Source: Eledone cirrhosa
Taxonomy: Eukaryota
Length of the DNA stretch: 64,000 nucleotides
NCBI GenBank assembly: GCA_964016885.1
Contig: OZ024745.1
Coordinates: 129,332,001-129,396,000 of the forward strand
Reading direction: 5' to 3'
Position 1 is the stretch's first letter, and each line of letters begins with the position of its first letter. Position numbers and translations under genes: made by a program. Below the pieces are notes generated by a model. That model searched no databases. It was not told the origin of the DNA and saw only the letters and a list, made by a program, of their open reading frames with translations. Of this stretch, positions 28,479 through 43,650 are shown piece after piece.

Positions 28479-29519
28479 TATTTTTTTGTAACTTTCCTTA
28501 CTCAGGTCATTATGCACCTTTCATATCCCCCTACCCACCAAAGAACCACACTACTTATAACCCGGACTAACTGGGACTTTAAAATAATTTTGGTATATTT
28601 GCACTTTTCATTGGGTTGTTACCTTCGACTTGTGTGGTGGCTTTTCCCGGCTGCGCGCTGGGCACTTGGAAAGTTCACCCTTCCTTGAGTGCTCGGAAAA
28701 ATAAATTTCTCCTCTTTCGGTAAACGAAATTACTCGGAGCGGAATGCTTTGACCCGGTCCCACCGCGCCGCCTGTTTTGGCCGCCATATTATACTTATAC
28801 CTATAAACTCCAGGTTTAAGCATAACTATTAGCTGTATCACGCCTCTACTGGCACGCAAATAAACCCCTCATGTGTGATTTCATAATATTCGTTTAGTAT
28901 AGACGATGGCCTGTCGAAATTGTGGAGTTCCCGCTAGCGCTCCCGCTAGGTAGCTACGTTCCTAGAGTACTCGGAAAAATTAATTTCCATTTCTTTCGCG
29001 TGACGATACCACTCGAGACTGGCTGATTCATGGTGGTGGTGGTGGTAGTGGTGGTGGTGGTGGTGGGTGGGTGCTGGCTGGGAGTCGCAATCGAGATCTT
29101 TACTCTATATCCCATCCTAATATCTTATCGAGATACATTTTTTCATATAAGACTCTCTCCGTAAGTTCATTAAATAAATATCGCTACCTTAACCTTTAAT
29201 TTTTTATAACTTATTTTTCAATTTATCATTTTGCAATTTAATATTTTAAATTTAATTTAATTTCATCCTATAACTCGCAACATAAGTTTAACGTTCCAAT
29301 TTTCGGTTCACACATTAGACCATACAGACACCCATTATAGATTCTTTGGAGTAGCATTTTTTCGCGGCATTTTCTAGCATGAATGTAGTGTGACCCTTAT
29401 GCTGCCTTCTTTCTCCCTTTCTTTCTTCCCCTTTTTTTTTGACGGAGAGGTGGTAGTGCATTATAAGCCTTCGCCCCCTCACCAGATGATCATTAGTAAA
29501 TTCAGTTGCCATCACTTTG

Positions 29520-29890
29520 AGGGCGACTGGCCGAGGTGAAGGCAGCTAGTTGGTCAGTCGTCCTCTTTGTCTCTGTCTCTGATTTTTCGGACCCATGGTT
29601 TTTTACATATTCCTTTGTTATATTCTAATACCTGATGATACCACCGGATTCATATGGAACCCGGTCATTGAAATGATCATAGTATAATAAACCTTTCAAG
29701 GATTTACACCAGTCCAGCCTCCTGTTATTTTATTTTATTTATAATTAACTCCGTATTCGCACCACCAACTACACAAACGAAGATGGGTGAACTGCACTGC
29801 GTTGAGTACTCTTCACAATATTACACCAGGATTGACCATACGGAATGAACAGTTCTATCCAATGGTGAACCAACTAACCTAAATAAGATT
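29520..29890 (+). mobile_element. Family D pLTR-like unit (single orientation)
   Basis: Highly similar to 50067-50617, including hammerhead and tail. Confidence 0.8.
29628..29685 (+). ncRNA. Minimal type I hammerhead ribozyme motif (family D)
   Basis: atac-CTGATGA-taccaccgg...ccggtcatt-GAAA-t-gatc-a-TA-gtat. Confidence 0.78.
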
Positions 29891-29900
29891 TTAATAAATA

Positions 29901-30853
<953 letters not shown>

Positions 30854-30886
30854 ATACACACATATATATATATATATGTGTACGTT

Positions 30887-30920
<34 letters not shown>

Positions 30921-30921
30921 A

Positions 30922-31069
<148 letters not shown>

Positions 31070-31424
31070 TTATATAAAGACACATAGTAAACGTTAGTGT
31101 TGCGTTACATTATATTATTCTCGGTAGAAAACCAATTGCAGGGAATTCTATTTGTATTAAATTAAGTAGGAAACAGTCTCTTTGAGTAGAAAGTTTAGCT
31201 CCCCAGGCTTATTCATTCACCATATCTTACTCTGGTATCTCCATACTAATCAATTAACTATCAAATTAAGCGAAGCTAATGGAGGACTAGAAAATACGTT
31301 ACAATGCAATTAAAACGCTACATATCTGTGTATTACATTTCCTTTCATTAACAGTCACTCTAACATAGCGTGATTCTATATAGAGATATATATGAAAGCA
31401 TATACAATATATGTGTATATATAA

Positions 31425-31535
31425 TTGTTTTTACTTTTGGCACAAGGCCAGCAATTATCTTAGTGTATTACTGGTACTTTATTTTATCGACTCCGTAAGG
31501 ATGAAAGGCAAAGTTAACCTTGGCGGGATTTGACG
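31425..31535 (-). mobile_element. tRNA-derived SINE, 5'-truncated
   Basis: 7090-family body and tail. Confidence 0.8.
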
Positions 31536-31838
31536 TAAGTCTTGTTATGGGCGTTTTCAGCTGTGATCATGTCACAGCTACCTAAGAAGAAGAACCTGAA
31601 TGCTAGTAACAAGTGTTTCGGGATTTTTATCCATCTTCAGTGATGTTTACTCACTTAGTACTGAGGCATGAAGGAGCTACAGCTTATATGAATTTTGTGT
31701 ATGAAATATTTGCTTCAGTTGCTCATTTGCATATGATGCACATTTATGAATTAGCCATAGGATTAGCATAGTGTGAGTCACAACAGATACGTATATGAAA
31801 GCAAATACTATACATGTGTGTATAATACATATGCATAT

Positions 31839-34212
31839 TAGGCATATTCCTAAAGTACACTTTTGTTAAAAAAATAAATGAGCATGACATTTTCAGATGA
31901 ACTTTTTCTAGAAAATACTTGTGAGCATGTTAAAAAATATTAGAATTTTAAAAAACTCTTGCACAAGGTAGATTCTTTAACATTAAGTAACTAATATAGA
32001 ATTGCATATACAATATACGTGTGTATGTAATAAAAATATAGTGTGGAATTTAACAGTTAATAAAATATAGTATTCTTCTTCAAATTGTTTAATGGATCAA
32101 CTTTATTGCTTGTTCATCACTTTGTCAGTTTAATCTCTTCATAAAATTCAAAAAATACATAAATAGAATAAATTAAAATTTGCGAGGTATTTATTAATAT
32201 ATTTTAATATTTATAATTATATTATATTAATATTATAAATTTCAGATGTATAAAAATCCAGTTGCTAAAGAGGAAAGTAAAAAGATTTGGGCACAAAATA
32301 TTTGTCATTTTGAGAAGAGAAAGAAATCTAGGAAAACGAAAATTCAAAGTTCATTAATCGAATTATGCAAGCTACCTACTGAGCAACAGATCATTGATAG
32401 ATATATCACTCTTGCTGCTGAAGAGAAAAATACCAAAAAAAGAATTAAGATAATTACTGGAGAATGTGAAAGTTTATGGGAAAAGTTCAGCTTTCCAACT
32501 ATCAACAAACTTTCAATACCTCGAAAATTTGAAAAAAGAATAAAAAAAAGGAAAAAGAAGTAAAAAGACCTGGCGCTGCGAATTTCAATAATCTGTTTGA
32601 CATTACAAAAAGATATGGGACATGGTTAGCAGCCGAAGATTTGTCATTTTATGAAAAGCAAGTTGAGAGTTGTGTAAATGTTGGGTATACTACAATGAAA
32701 ATAGACAGTGAAAAGAAAATCCATCCTTCTAAAAACAAAACACAAGAACTAGATCATGATAAGCCATCCTGCTCATACATTCATTTGGACTCAAATGAAA
32801 GTTACAGTGACACCGATACAAATACCAGCGATTACAAACCTTCACCTTCACCTTCACCAGAAAAAAAAACGCAAAAGAGAAAACACAGCTCATGCTGTTA
32901 ACCTAGTAAGAAATACTAAATTACCTAGTAGAAAAGCAGCAGCAGTTTGCAACGAATTTAAAAGTGGTGGTATTAAGGTGAGCACCCCGAGTCAGTCAGC
33001 AATGCACAAAGCAGTTATCAGACAAGGTGAGAAACTCATGGTAAAGTGGAAAAATGAACTCAAAAGGGAAAAATGGAGCCTTCATTTTGATGGAAAACGA
33101 ATGAGAGACGTAGAATATCAGGTTGTAGTGATAAAAAATGACGAGAAAGAAATACGCCTGAGGCCGATGGTATTAACCGATGGAGAGGCTCTTACTATAT
33201 TTAATGGATTGAAAGAAGTTATTGACAAATATGAACTGTGGGAATCTATCGTGATGATAGTCTCCGACACAACTAGTGTCAATACCGGCAAAAAGGCAGG
33301 AGTTGTTGCCATGCTCAACAGTGAGTTCGCGCGTTATAGCAAGTCATTATATGTTGGATGCCAGCACCACATTTTAGACCGTGCATTGAAAGTTTATTTT
33401 GATCAACTATATAGTAGCAAAACAACTTCGCCATATATCAGTTGTTACTTTGTTAAGGCCATTTTAAAGAACTATGACGAACTGAAGCAGAACTTTTCAA
33501 ATGGAACGACGGAAATTAATGAAACGCCGACGCGCTGGAGAAGTGACATGGATTTCCTTCAGCATCTCATGATAGCCGTGCAACATTTCTTTGAAAACGG
33601 TGCGTTTCCTAAAATAAATTTTAAGAAATTATCTAATTTGCACAATGCTCATTGGAATAGCCGAGCAATTTATTTGTTGCTTGGGTTTATTTTGATGCCT
33701 GATGAACGAGCGAAGCTGCGCGCTGGTGCCAAATACATCTGCGGAATGTGGGGAAACATGTGGTTCTCAAGTCAACTGTATAGAGCTGACAGCAAGCAGA
33801 AACTCATTGACCAAATAATTAAGGCCAAGTGTGAAAAGGCTGCAAACACCGTCAGAAAATGTTGCTCTAATGAAGAATCTCCAATTGTGACGCAACGCTC
33901 GAACATTTGCGCTGAGCGAGCTGTAAAAGTTGTGCAGGACCTTTTTGCCATTTTGTAAAAGTAGTAGAACCTTAGAGATTAAATTTTGTTTAACTAATAA
34001 TGAAAACAAATTTTTTATTGTCATAATTTATTGTTTTAGGTATTTATTTTATGGGACTGGCTAATTACTAAAAAAAATAAAAATATAATTTAGTATGTTC
34101 AAGAATTTGTTTTCAAAATTTACAAAAAAGCTACTGTAATTCTTTCTTTATGACAAAAACATCATTAGAAAATTGCATGCTCATATGGGGTTGTAAAAAA
34201 GTCAGATGCCTA
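31839..34212 (+). mobile_element. hAT-superfamily (hATm-like) DNA transposon, near full length
   Basis: Termini TAGGCAT...ATGCCTA; 8-bp TSD atgcatat (31831-31838) / atgcacat (34213-34220); subterminal tgagcatg motifs inverted at both ends; transposase inside. Confidence 0.82.
32246..33958 (+). pseudogene. Frameshifted hAT-type DDE transposase
   Basis: ORF pieces 32246-32563, 32641-32901 and 32756-33958 with LHFDGK (D), VSDTTSVNTG (D), GCQHH (CxxH) and CAERAVK (E). Confidence 0.85.
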
Positions 34213-34346
34213 ATGCACATGTCTCGTTATTGGTGTTTTAAGATGTAATCACATGTTACAGCTACCTCAGTGTCAGTGATCGCTGAGCGGAATGTCTTCC
34301 AGAAGAGTCTGCTCAGCCATTCCTTGTCAATTTCCAGAGTTGTTCT

Positions 34347-34760
34347 TGCTCTAGGGTCCCAAATAATAGGGGTGCGGGGGTGGGACAAGTGGGGGTGGGA
34401 GTTTGGGGTGAGGAAATCAGTAATTTTTCTAGGTTGTCTCCATCAATTAGAAAGAAAACCAGAATTCGTCGTTTAACTTTCATATTCAGACCACCCAACC
34501 CTTCCTATTTATTTTGTAACGTATCAGATTTTTTATAATGCTCTTTTTTTGTCATGTATAATGATTTTTAATATCTAAATATAATTAATTGCTGCAGGAA
34601 GGCTACCACTAAAATAAAATTTCGCTGGAGATAGATGAATAAAATTTAATAAGCGGTGGCTTGGAATAAGAGCAGAGGATGGTGGTTTGGAAAAAATCTG
34701 AAAATTTAATAAACGCGGGGTGGGTGGGTGGGTGGGGTGGGGTGATTATCCGAGACCTCC
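34347..34760. mobile_element. Second copy of the 20088 MITE
   Basis: Shared ccaaataataggggt, taggttgtct, gtcatgta.aatg, taaaataaaatttcg, ctgaaaa, cgagacc. Confidence 0.65.
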
Positions 34761-34997
34761 ACCAAACCTGTACAGAAAACGAGTGATTGTCTGTGTAGAG
34801 TTACGCAAGTGCCTGGCACCATGTTAGATGGCAGACATGTCTTTCTGTGTGTGCGACTGAACCAGGATTACAACTCCGCTACGGAGATGAATTGTGGAAA
34901 ACCTTGTCTAACAAAAGGTGGCTACGGTGGTTCATTGTCACCGTCTTCATCGCTAGATTTGAAGTACTTTTGCAGGGTGACAAAGTCAGTGTGTCAG

Positions 34998-35092
<95 letters not shown>

Positions 35093-35342
35093 AATATAAA
35101 TTAGCGGGAATCGTATTTCTGCTTAGGAATTAACACGAAAAACAACTTCTGAGATGTGTGGCAAGCGGTCAATGATTCAGATGAACCAGAGCTACAACAT
35201 ACGTCAAAGGCCAAACACACTGAGACGATGGTTAAACAATCATCCGCACAGCCATAAAAACGACCAAGTAATTCGGGTCAAACAAATAAAAATATATGTG
35301 ATTGAAAAAAATATGTGATTGAAAAAAATATGTGATTGAAAA

Positions 35343-36282
<940 letters not shown>

Positions 36283-38761
36283 GCATATCTGTATGTATAA
36301 ATGTATATATGTATGTATGCGTGTATATATATATGTGTGTGTGTGTATACATGTTTGTGCTTGAGTATGTATAGAGGTATTAGAAGGTACACTTCTAAAC
36401 GTGTGGTTTTAGTCAATATATGTTTAACCTCGCTGTGAAAATTACCCACAGCGATTAAACCTTGGGGTTTATCTTTGTTACTAGGAAAAAAGAGAGAGAT
36501 AAATTTGATTAATTCCAAGAGTGATTAACAGTCCACTTGAGATTGGTTATGGATTCCTGCCCAGAAAGAGAATTGTATGTTAGAGTTACCAATAGTTTAG
36601 ATAAACTCAGAAGGACTCAAGTTGGGCTGCCCAATTTAGATAACAATGCACTATAGAGTGAGAAAATAAGTGGTTTTGTATATTTACTATTGGGTAGAAC
36701 ACAATCCGTTGTCCGGTTTAATAACACTACCTGACCCTCGGGTGACGTTAGCGGAGATTAATCCATTAGAAGCACTCTGATTTCAACATACCATGCTCCC
36801 TTCGCCCCAACAGTCTTGGAAACCCTGGAAAGGGTTATGGGCATTACATTTCCCTCTCTCTTAAAACAGTAAAAAAATTATAAGAAGACACATAAGATAC
36901 ATGTAGAAACGTGGTTTTAAATAAACATATATTTTACCCTGCTACGAAAAGCTGACACCAACTAATGTTTAGTTTTTATAGTAATACAATGTGCGTATAT
37001 ACATGAATCTATGGTTTAAAATACGTCGTATCCTTGATTTTAAAAACATGATCAAAGTTGCTGGAATTAAATCCTTAACTGCAATTGTATTTATGAATAA
37101 TCCAAATTTAATTGTGAAAGTTTCTTCAGTGATTATTTGGTAGTTCTTTGCCGATCTTTAATCATACTGTCACACCTGTTACCCAGTAGTGTTTGTAGTG
37201 TCTACCATTCTCGACAAAACTTCTGCAAATAAAGATTTCTTGTTTTCAGAAGTTCTTGAATTCTGTTTTGACTTAAAAGTTATGCCAGCAATTTTCATTA
37301 GAGTTTCAAGTTTCTTCTCTTATGAGAAACGTTTGGAAGAATCTGTCAAAATGAGCTGCAACATTATCTATGTTGTATATTTTCTGTCTCGGTTGGCTGA
37401 CAAGTTGGCTCTGTAAAGTTTCTTATATATTATATCATGATCATGCAGTGACACTTTCATTGTAGGGCTGTTAGTTTTCTGAACATCTCTTTATCTTTAT
37501 ATTCTGAACACAGCAGTTCTTCTAACTGCTAAGTATCCGGTATTCTATTTTCTAAGACAGTATATTGTGATTTGAAGGAGATATGATTACTACTTCAATC
37601 AAGCCAAGTGATCGTGTACGGAATCAATTATTTTTGTATTTATTTAGTTTGTATTGCAAATGTTGAACAATGGAACAACTGTTACGTTTCCAACGGGTCA
37701 CTTATTTCTGACAGTGAGAGTAAAAGGCCAGTATGTGTCATTCTGTCTCTAGCAAATATAACAAGGGATGTAAACAGTTCATCGATTTTCTTACCTCTTC
37801 ATTAATTGATGCATTGTGTCACGAAAAACAAGTCTTTGAGCTTTCACTTCAATCTTGAGCACATAATCTATTTTTGAACAAAGTCTTCCTTGCTGTCTCA
37901 CACTTTTAACAAAACCACATCTGTATTATTAATAATTAATAGTTTGATTAATTTTCTTTCTGCTATCTATTCTTTTAGTCTTAGACATTTTGTGATGGAC
38001 AAGTTTTTGTTGAAAAACATTCTGTTATATTCCGAAGGCAACAAATATATTTACCTGTACATTTACTGAAATATTTATTAATCTTAAAAGTGGAATGTTT
38101 ATCTGAAGAGAATTTTAGACAGCTCGCAGTATTAAATTGAACATGAAAAGAAACACGTCGAAAAAATTAATCTCTGTACTAAAAAAAGAGAAGAAAATAG
38201 AATTACACGCATAAATCTTAAACGAATTCAAACTAAGAGGAATAATTGAAGCAAAGGAATAAAAATGTAGGTAAAAAACACATAAATACAAACGAAACTA
38301 CGTTTAGAAAAATAAAAATAAATAACATGTCTATTGTAAGTATATATAATATAAAAGAAATGTTCATTACTTCAGCATGTATTTTATGTATTTGTTTTGG
38401 GGAAAATAAACAATTTGACAGGTGTTTTAATCGTAGGTGTTCACATATACTGACACATATAACTCTACACTATCCCTCACAAACATGGAAATATATATAT
38501 AGAATATACATGTGCGTATCTTTGATTGCATTGCGTGCATCTGGATATATGTTTCTGAAAACCAAAAATTAGCAGCAGTGATTATACCTTAACAAATATA
38601 AATTCCATAGATGAAACATCGAAGTCATTAACACCTTTTCGTTCGAAAAATAAAGAATACTCTGCTGCTCGCATATGTTGAGTTTTATTCAGATCATATT
38701 TGACCATTCGATAATTGCGTGTACACAAAACACTATCTTCAATATCCTTACACACACACAC

Positions 38762-38850
<89 letters not shown>

Positions 38851-41800
38851 GTGTCTTTTCTCTTCACCACCAACATGGCTATGCTAAGAGTAGGCTGTCT
38901 AAATGCACGTGGCCTGGGCTCAACTTGGAAGCAAGCAATGCTTCTAAATGACCTCAGGTCACAACGTATAGATGTGATGGTTATTTGCGAGGCCCGGATC
39001 AGCAACGTGCGACAGCTGACCCCCACCTTTGATGATTTTGAGATGCACGCATCTCTCTGTCAGTCCGGAGGTGGGGGTGGGGTTGTCGTTCTGCTGCAAA
39101 AACATCTGGGTCTCGCAACACAGACGGTAAATTTGGACCCGGAGGGTCGACTAGTGGTTCTGGACCTTGGCAGTGGTGAAGGCGGAGCGTTTAGGTTGGT
39201 AGCCGTCTACGGCCCTTTCAGGTCAATGCGGTCGGACTTCTTCCATCGTCTGGAGACTTTTCTAGGGACATCCCGCCCCTTGCTAATAGTGGGGGACTGG
39301 AATGGTATCCTAGATGCACGTTGGGACTACGTAGGGGCCTGTCACGATAGATAGAGGTGTAATAGCCTCAAAGGGTTAATCGGTCGATTTGACCTGGCCG
39401 ATAGATATCGACTAGATTTTCCAACTGCGCCAACCTGAACTTGGGCAAACGGTAGCGGATCATCTAGGTCGTACCTAGATAGGTTCTTAGTTAGAAATAA
39501 GGATAAGGACTTTTTAAGTTGTCCAAAAATGCGCATGGTTGGCTATTCAGACCACAAGTTAGTGACCTGCATGGTCAACCTTGACAGAACGCATAGACAG
39601 GGACACGGTTACTGGAAGCTCAACTTGTCCATACCGGCAAGTAAGGCTTACAGGGACCGGATTAGCACTTTAGTTAAGGAGCGGTTGACGGGCGCCATCG
39701 TCAACAGCAGGTGGTGGGGATCTCTCAAAAGAGAGATTAGAGTAGTCTCTATAGAATTTAGTAAGGAGTTAGCCTCAAATAGAAATAGAAAGGAAAGGGA
39801 GTTGGTAGATAGTGTAGAAGAGGCAATTAGAAGCGGCGACGTGGCCAGAGTGCTAGCGTCGAGAACGGCCCTGGGCCAGTTCTTCGACGCGAAACACGAA
39901 GGCTGCATCGTCCGAAGCAAAATACGTGCTCTGGGAAACGAGGGGTCCAAAGCTGTTAGCTGGGCCCGCGTGACAGACGCCAAAAGAGGGAGTAGATCCA
40001 TTATCCGGTCTTTGCGAGACCAGGATGGACGGGTGATCCTTGAACCTAAGCAGATGTGCGAGGCGTTTCAAAAGTACTTTGCCAGATTGTTCGGAAGGGG
40101 CGGGGGAGCCGGTTGGGGAAGTGGAGTTCGGTCCATACCTCGACGGCCTGCCGCGTCTCTCGGACAGGGAGGCGAAGTCCTGCGAGGAGCTGATTTCAGC
40201 CGCTGAGATAGAGGACGTGCTGAGCCAATGCGGCAAACGCAAATTCCCGGGTCTCGATGGTCTCCCATACGAACTATATCTAGCTATTCTGGACTTGTTC
40301 CCTGATCTCCTCGAGGCGGTCTACTGCAACTGGCAACAGAACGGGAGAATTTCCTGTGCTGTGACCAAGGGCGTAGTCACGCTAGTGAGGAATGACGAGA
40401 ACAAGGGGGACGAAATAAGTAACTTCAGGCCCATAACTCTGCTAAATACAGAGTTACAGATTTTGGCCAAGGTGCTAGCAAAGAGGTTGGCGCTTGTCGT
40501 GGGCAACCTGGTGGGAGATGCGCAGAGATGTGCTATCCCGTCCAGGTCCATCCACGACGACCTCCACCTCATGCGATACATCATAGAGAGGGTTGGGAAC
40601 GAACCCGGCTTTGGTGGGACCCTGATCAACTTGCATCAATCTAAGGCGTTCGATAGGGTCGACCATGGTTACTTGGATGCGGTGCTAGCGGCGGCAGGCT
40701 TCGGACCCATTTTCAGGGGTTGGATCAATGCCATGCACAGGAGCCGCATCTGCTCTAGGGTCAAGGTGAATGGCTACCTCTCGGAGCCGTTCGAAATCGC
40801 GCGGTCCATCCGACAAGGGTGCCCTCTCTCCTCCCTTCTGTATGTAATGACTCTAGAGCCACTGCTGCGGAAGTTGGAGTTGTTGCAGGGCATCCCGTTG
40901 GAACCGGGATTGCGGAAAGCGGTGTCGGCCTACGCCGATGACGTAACAGTAATGGTATCGACGGCCTCGGAAATCGGGGCGATCGGCACCTTACTGGAGG
41001 AGTACGAAAGGTTTACAGGGGTTAAGCTGAACCGGGACAAGTCGATCGGTCTGCAACTCGGCACGTGGAGGGGCAGATCGATGCCCTCCGATGGCGCCGT
41101 CGGGCGCTGGATGGAGGGCCCGGTGACGAAGCTCAGGGTCTGGTTCGGACCATATCTCCAGGTGGAGAAGAACTGGGGTGAGGTAACGAACAGGGTGTTT
41201 GCACTGACCCAGAAGTGGGCCGAGTGCAAACTGTCCCTGAAAGGTCGGGCGGAGGTGGCGAACACTTATATAGCGTCCGTCATCTACTACCGCCTGACTG
41301 TTGTGCCTTGCCCAAGGGAAACGCTCGCCAAAATGGAGCGCGCACTTTTCCAATTCCTTTGGAAGAAGCGGGTTCCTATGGTGAGGAGATCCATCTGCTG
41401 TCAACACCCTTCGAAAGGAGGGCTCGGGATGCCGTGGCTAATGATACGTAAACACGCATTAAGGCTACGACACCTTCAGGTATTCCTCACCGGTCAACCG
41501 GTGTGGGCCCGGTTTGTGAGGCGAGCCTTTCCCAGACTCGTCTCACTCACCGAGCTGCAATCCTGGGTCAAGCAAAGACCGAGAAAACTGGGCGCCTGGC
41601 ACACCGAGTGTGCCCAGGCGCTCACGGCTCTCTGGCAGGCGGACCCGGCTGTCAGTGGAAAATCCACCTCGTCATTCTATAGAGGGCTGGTGGTTAGCAT
41701 GTGCGACGACGCCCTCGGAGAAGCCCTAGGAATGGAGGAAGACGAACTGGCCAACCTGTTCGGTAGGACATTCAGCCCGGGACCCATGGATAACTTCCAG

Positions 41801-42576
41801 AGGTCCCTGGCCTGGCAGTGCTACCGAGGGGCTCTGCCCGTTCGAGAAAGGCTCTACAGACACCGGCGCCCGGGTAGGGACCCTCGAAAAAGATCTGTCC
41901 CAGATGCGTGTGCGACGAGGAATCCGTTGCACACGCATTGGTACACTGCTCGGGCATTGCCGATCTGTGGGGCTATGTCGAACAACTGCTGTCAAGGGTG
42001 GGACCGATCCGGTTGACCACCGAGTCTTTTGTAACGATCAAGCCGCCTCCCCTCTTCAAAAACGAAGGAGAGGCGATGTTTCTGTGCGTAATAGCCATCG
42101 CGAAAGAGGTTGTATGGTGGACGCGTCTGAAAGGATTGAGGTCAGACACCGTTCTCTCTGGCCAACAACTGGTCCGTTTCTTCCGATATTATTTCGGAAG
42201 AAGGATCAGGATGGAGAGAGAGGTGCTGCACCCCAGCCGTTTTTATGAAAGATGGGTGAAAGTGGCGAGAATGGCCCGTGTGAATGGGCTTTCACTCTAC
42301 ATCAGACTATAGGTGAGGAAGATGAAAGATCAAGGGAGCACCCCCTCTCTGTGCTCCTGAGGAGAAGGGTTGCACACTTTTTTTCGGGGGTGTGTGCGAC
42401 CCCAAAAGGCGCCTCCTCCCTATTGAGGATTTTGTTATTAAATTTATTTTTGTTATATTTTATTTTATTTTTATATCTTGTTATTGCCTCCTCCTTATTG
42501 AGGACGCCATTTTATGTAAACTCCCCCATTGTACTTGTCCCACTTTTTGATGCCCTGGTGGCAAATAAAAAGAAAG

Positions 42577-42577
<1 letters not shown>
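38851..42577 (+). mobile_element. Tx1-like (L1 group) non-LTR retrotransposon, 5'-truncated just before ORF2
   Basis: EN-RT-Zn knuckle ORF2, 3' UTR with aataaa, (TCTA)n on both sides. Confidence 0.92.
38875..42312 (+). pseudogene. ORF2: APE endonuclease, reverse transcriptase and C-terminal CCHC-like motif, disrupted
   Basis: LNARG, VICE, VAVYGP, VGDWN, YSDH (APE); PGLDGLPYE, FRPITLLN, SKAFDRV, RQGCPLS, YADD (RT); C...EESVAHALVHC; stops near 39354 and 39438, frameshifts near 40100 and 41900. Confidence 0.93.
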
Positions 42578-42668
<91 letters not shown>

Positions 42669-42715
42669 TTACCTGTCTATGTATCTATCTATCTACCTAC
42701 CTATCTATCCATCTA

Positions 42716-42804
<89 letters not shown>

Positions 42805-42993
42805 GTGTGCTTGCGTGTGTGATAAAATATTTACAATCATTTACGATGGAATTAAACTTATATAATACATAAATGTTTTACACATGAATTACAATTATGA
42901 AAATAAAACCACGTATTTTTTGTGCTAAGTATTTGCATTCTTCGCGAAGCGAGGCCATTAAACCAATAAAGAAATTAACAAACAAGCACAAAT

Positions 42994-43036
<43 letters not shown>

Positions 43037-43473
43037 ATGAAGGTGCGTGGATGAGTGGTTAGAGAAGTGAATTCGCAAGCGTCAGGTTCTGAGATCATCT
43101 TTGACTTTCATGATTTCCAGGTCGATAAACAAAGTACCTTTCCAGAGGCAATGAAATGCCAGAATTGTTAAATCGTGGAGCATGCTGTTCGGCTATGTTC
43201 GGTCAATCAGGAATCGTGACTAGCTGATTATATCAGCAATTGTAAGAGTAAAGGAAACGTTGTTTCCTAGGTCCAACCTGATGATCGAAAATGTCCCATT
43301 TTCTAATGAACCTAGTTAGAAGGCTACACATGCTTAACTACATAAAATTGTGTAAAGATGTAGATTTATGTTATTATAAAGCAAGAAAATACGAACATTT
43401 TGTTTGAAACCTGACAATTTAAGATAATCGCATGCAGTCATGTGATATTACACTCACTAATGCAATATACAAA

Positions 43474-43650
43474 GGATACTTGGGGTAGTAGAGTGGGTAA
43501 TGTGAAAAGATTCAGGACCCGATGGCTGAACATTATTAGAACGGCGGGAATCTAGCTAGATTCCCGCCGTTCTAATACTGGTGGCTTATTTCGGATTTAG
43601 CTGTCGAAACGGCCGGAGCTCAGCCGTCTGGGTCCTGAATCTTTTCATAT
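43474..43650. mobile_element. Family A variant with a nested perfect 44-bp palindrome
   Basis: Tail gatacttggggtagtagagtgggtaat; outer IR tgaaaagattcaggaccc/gggtcctgaatcttttca; inner tattagaacggcgggaatctagctagattcccgccgttctaata. Confidence 0.72.
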
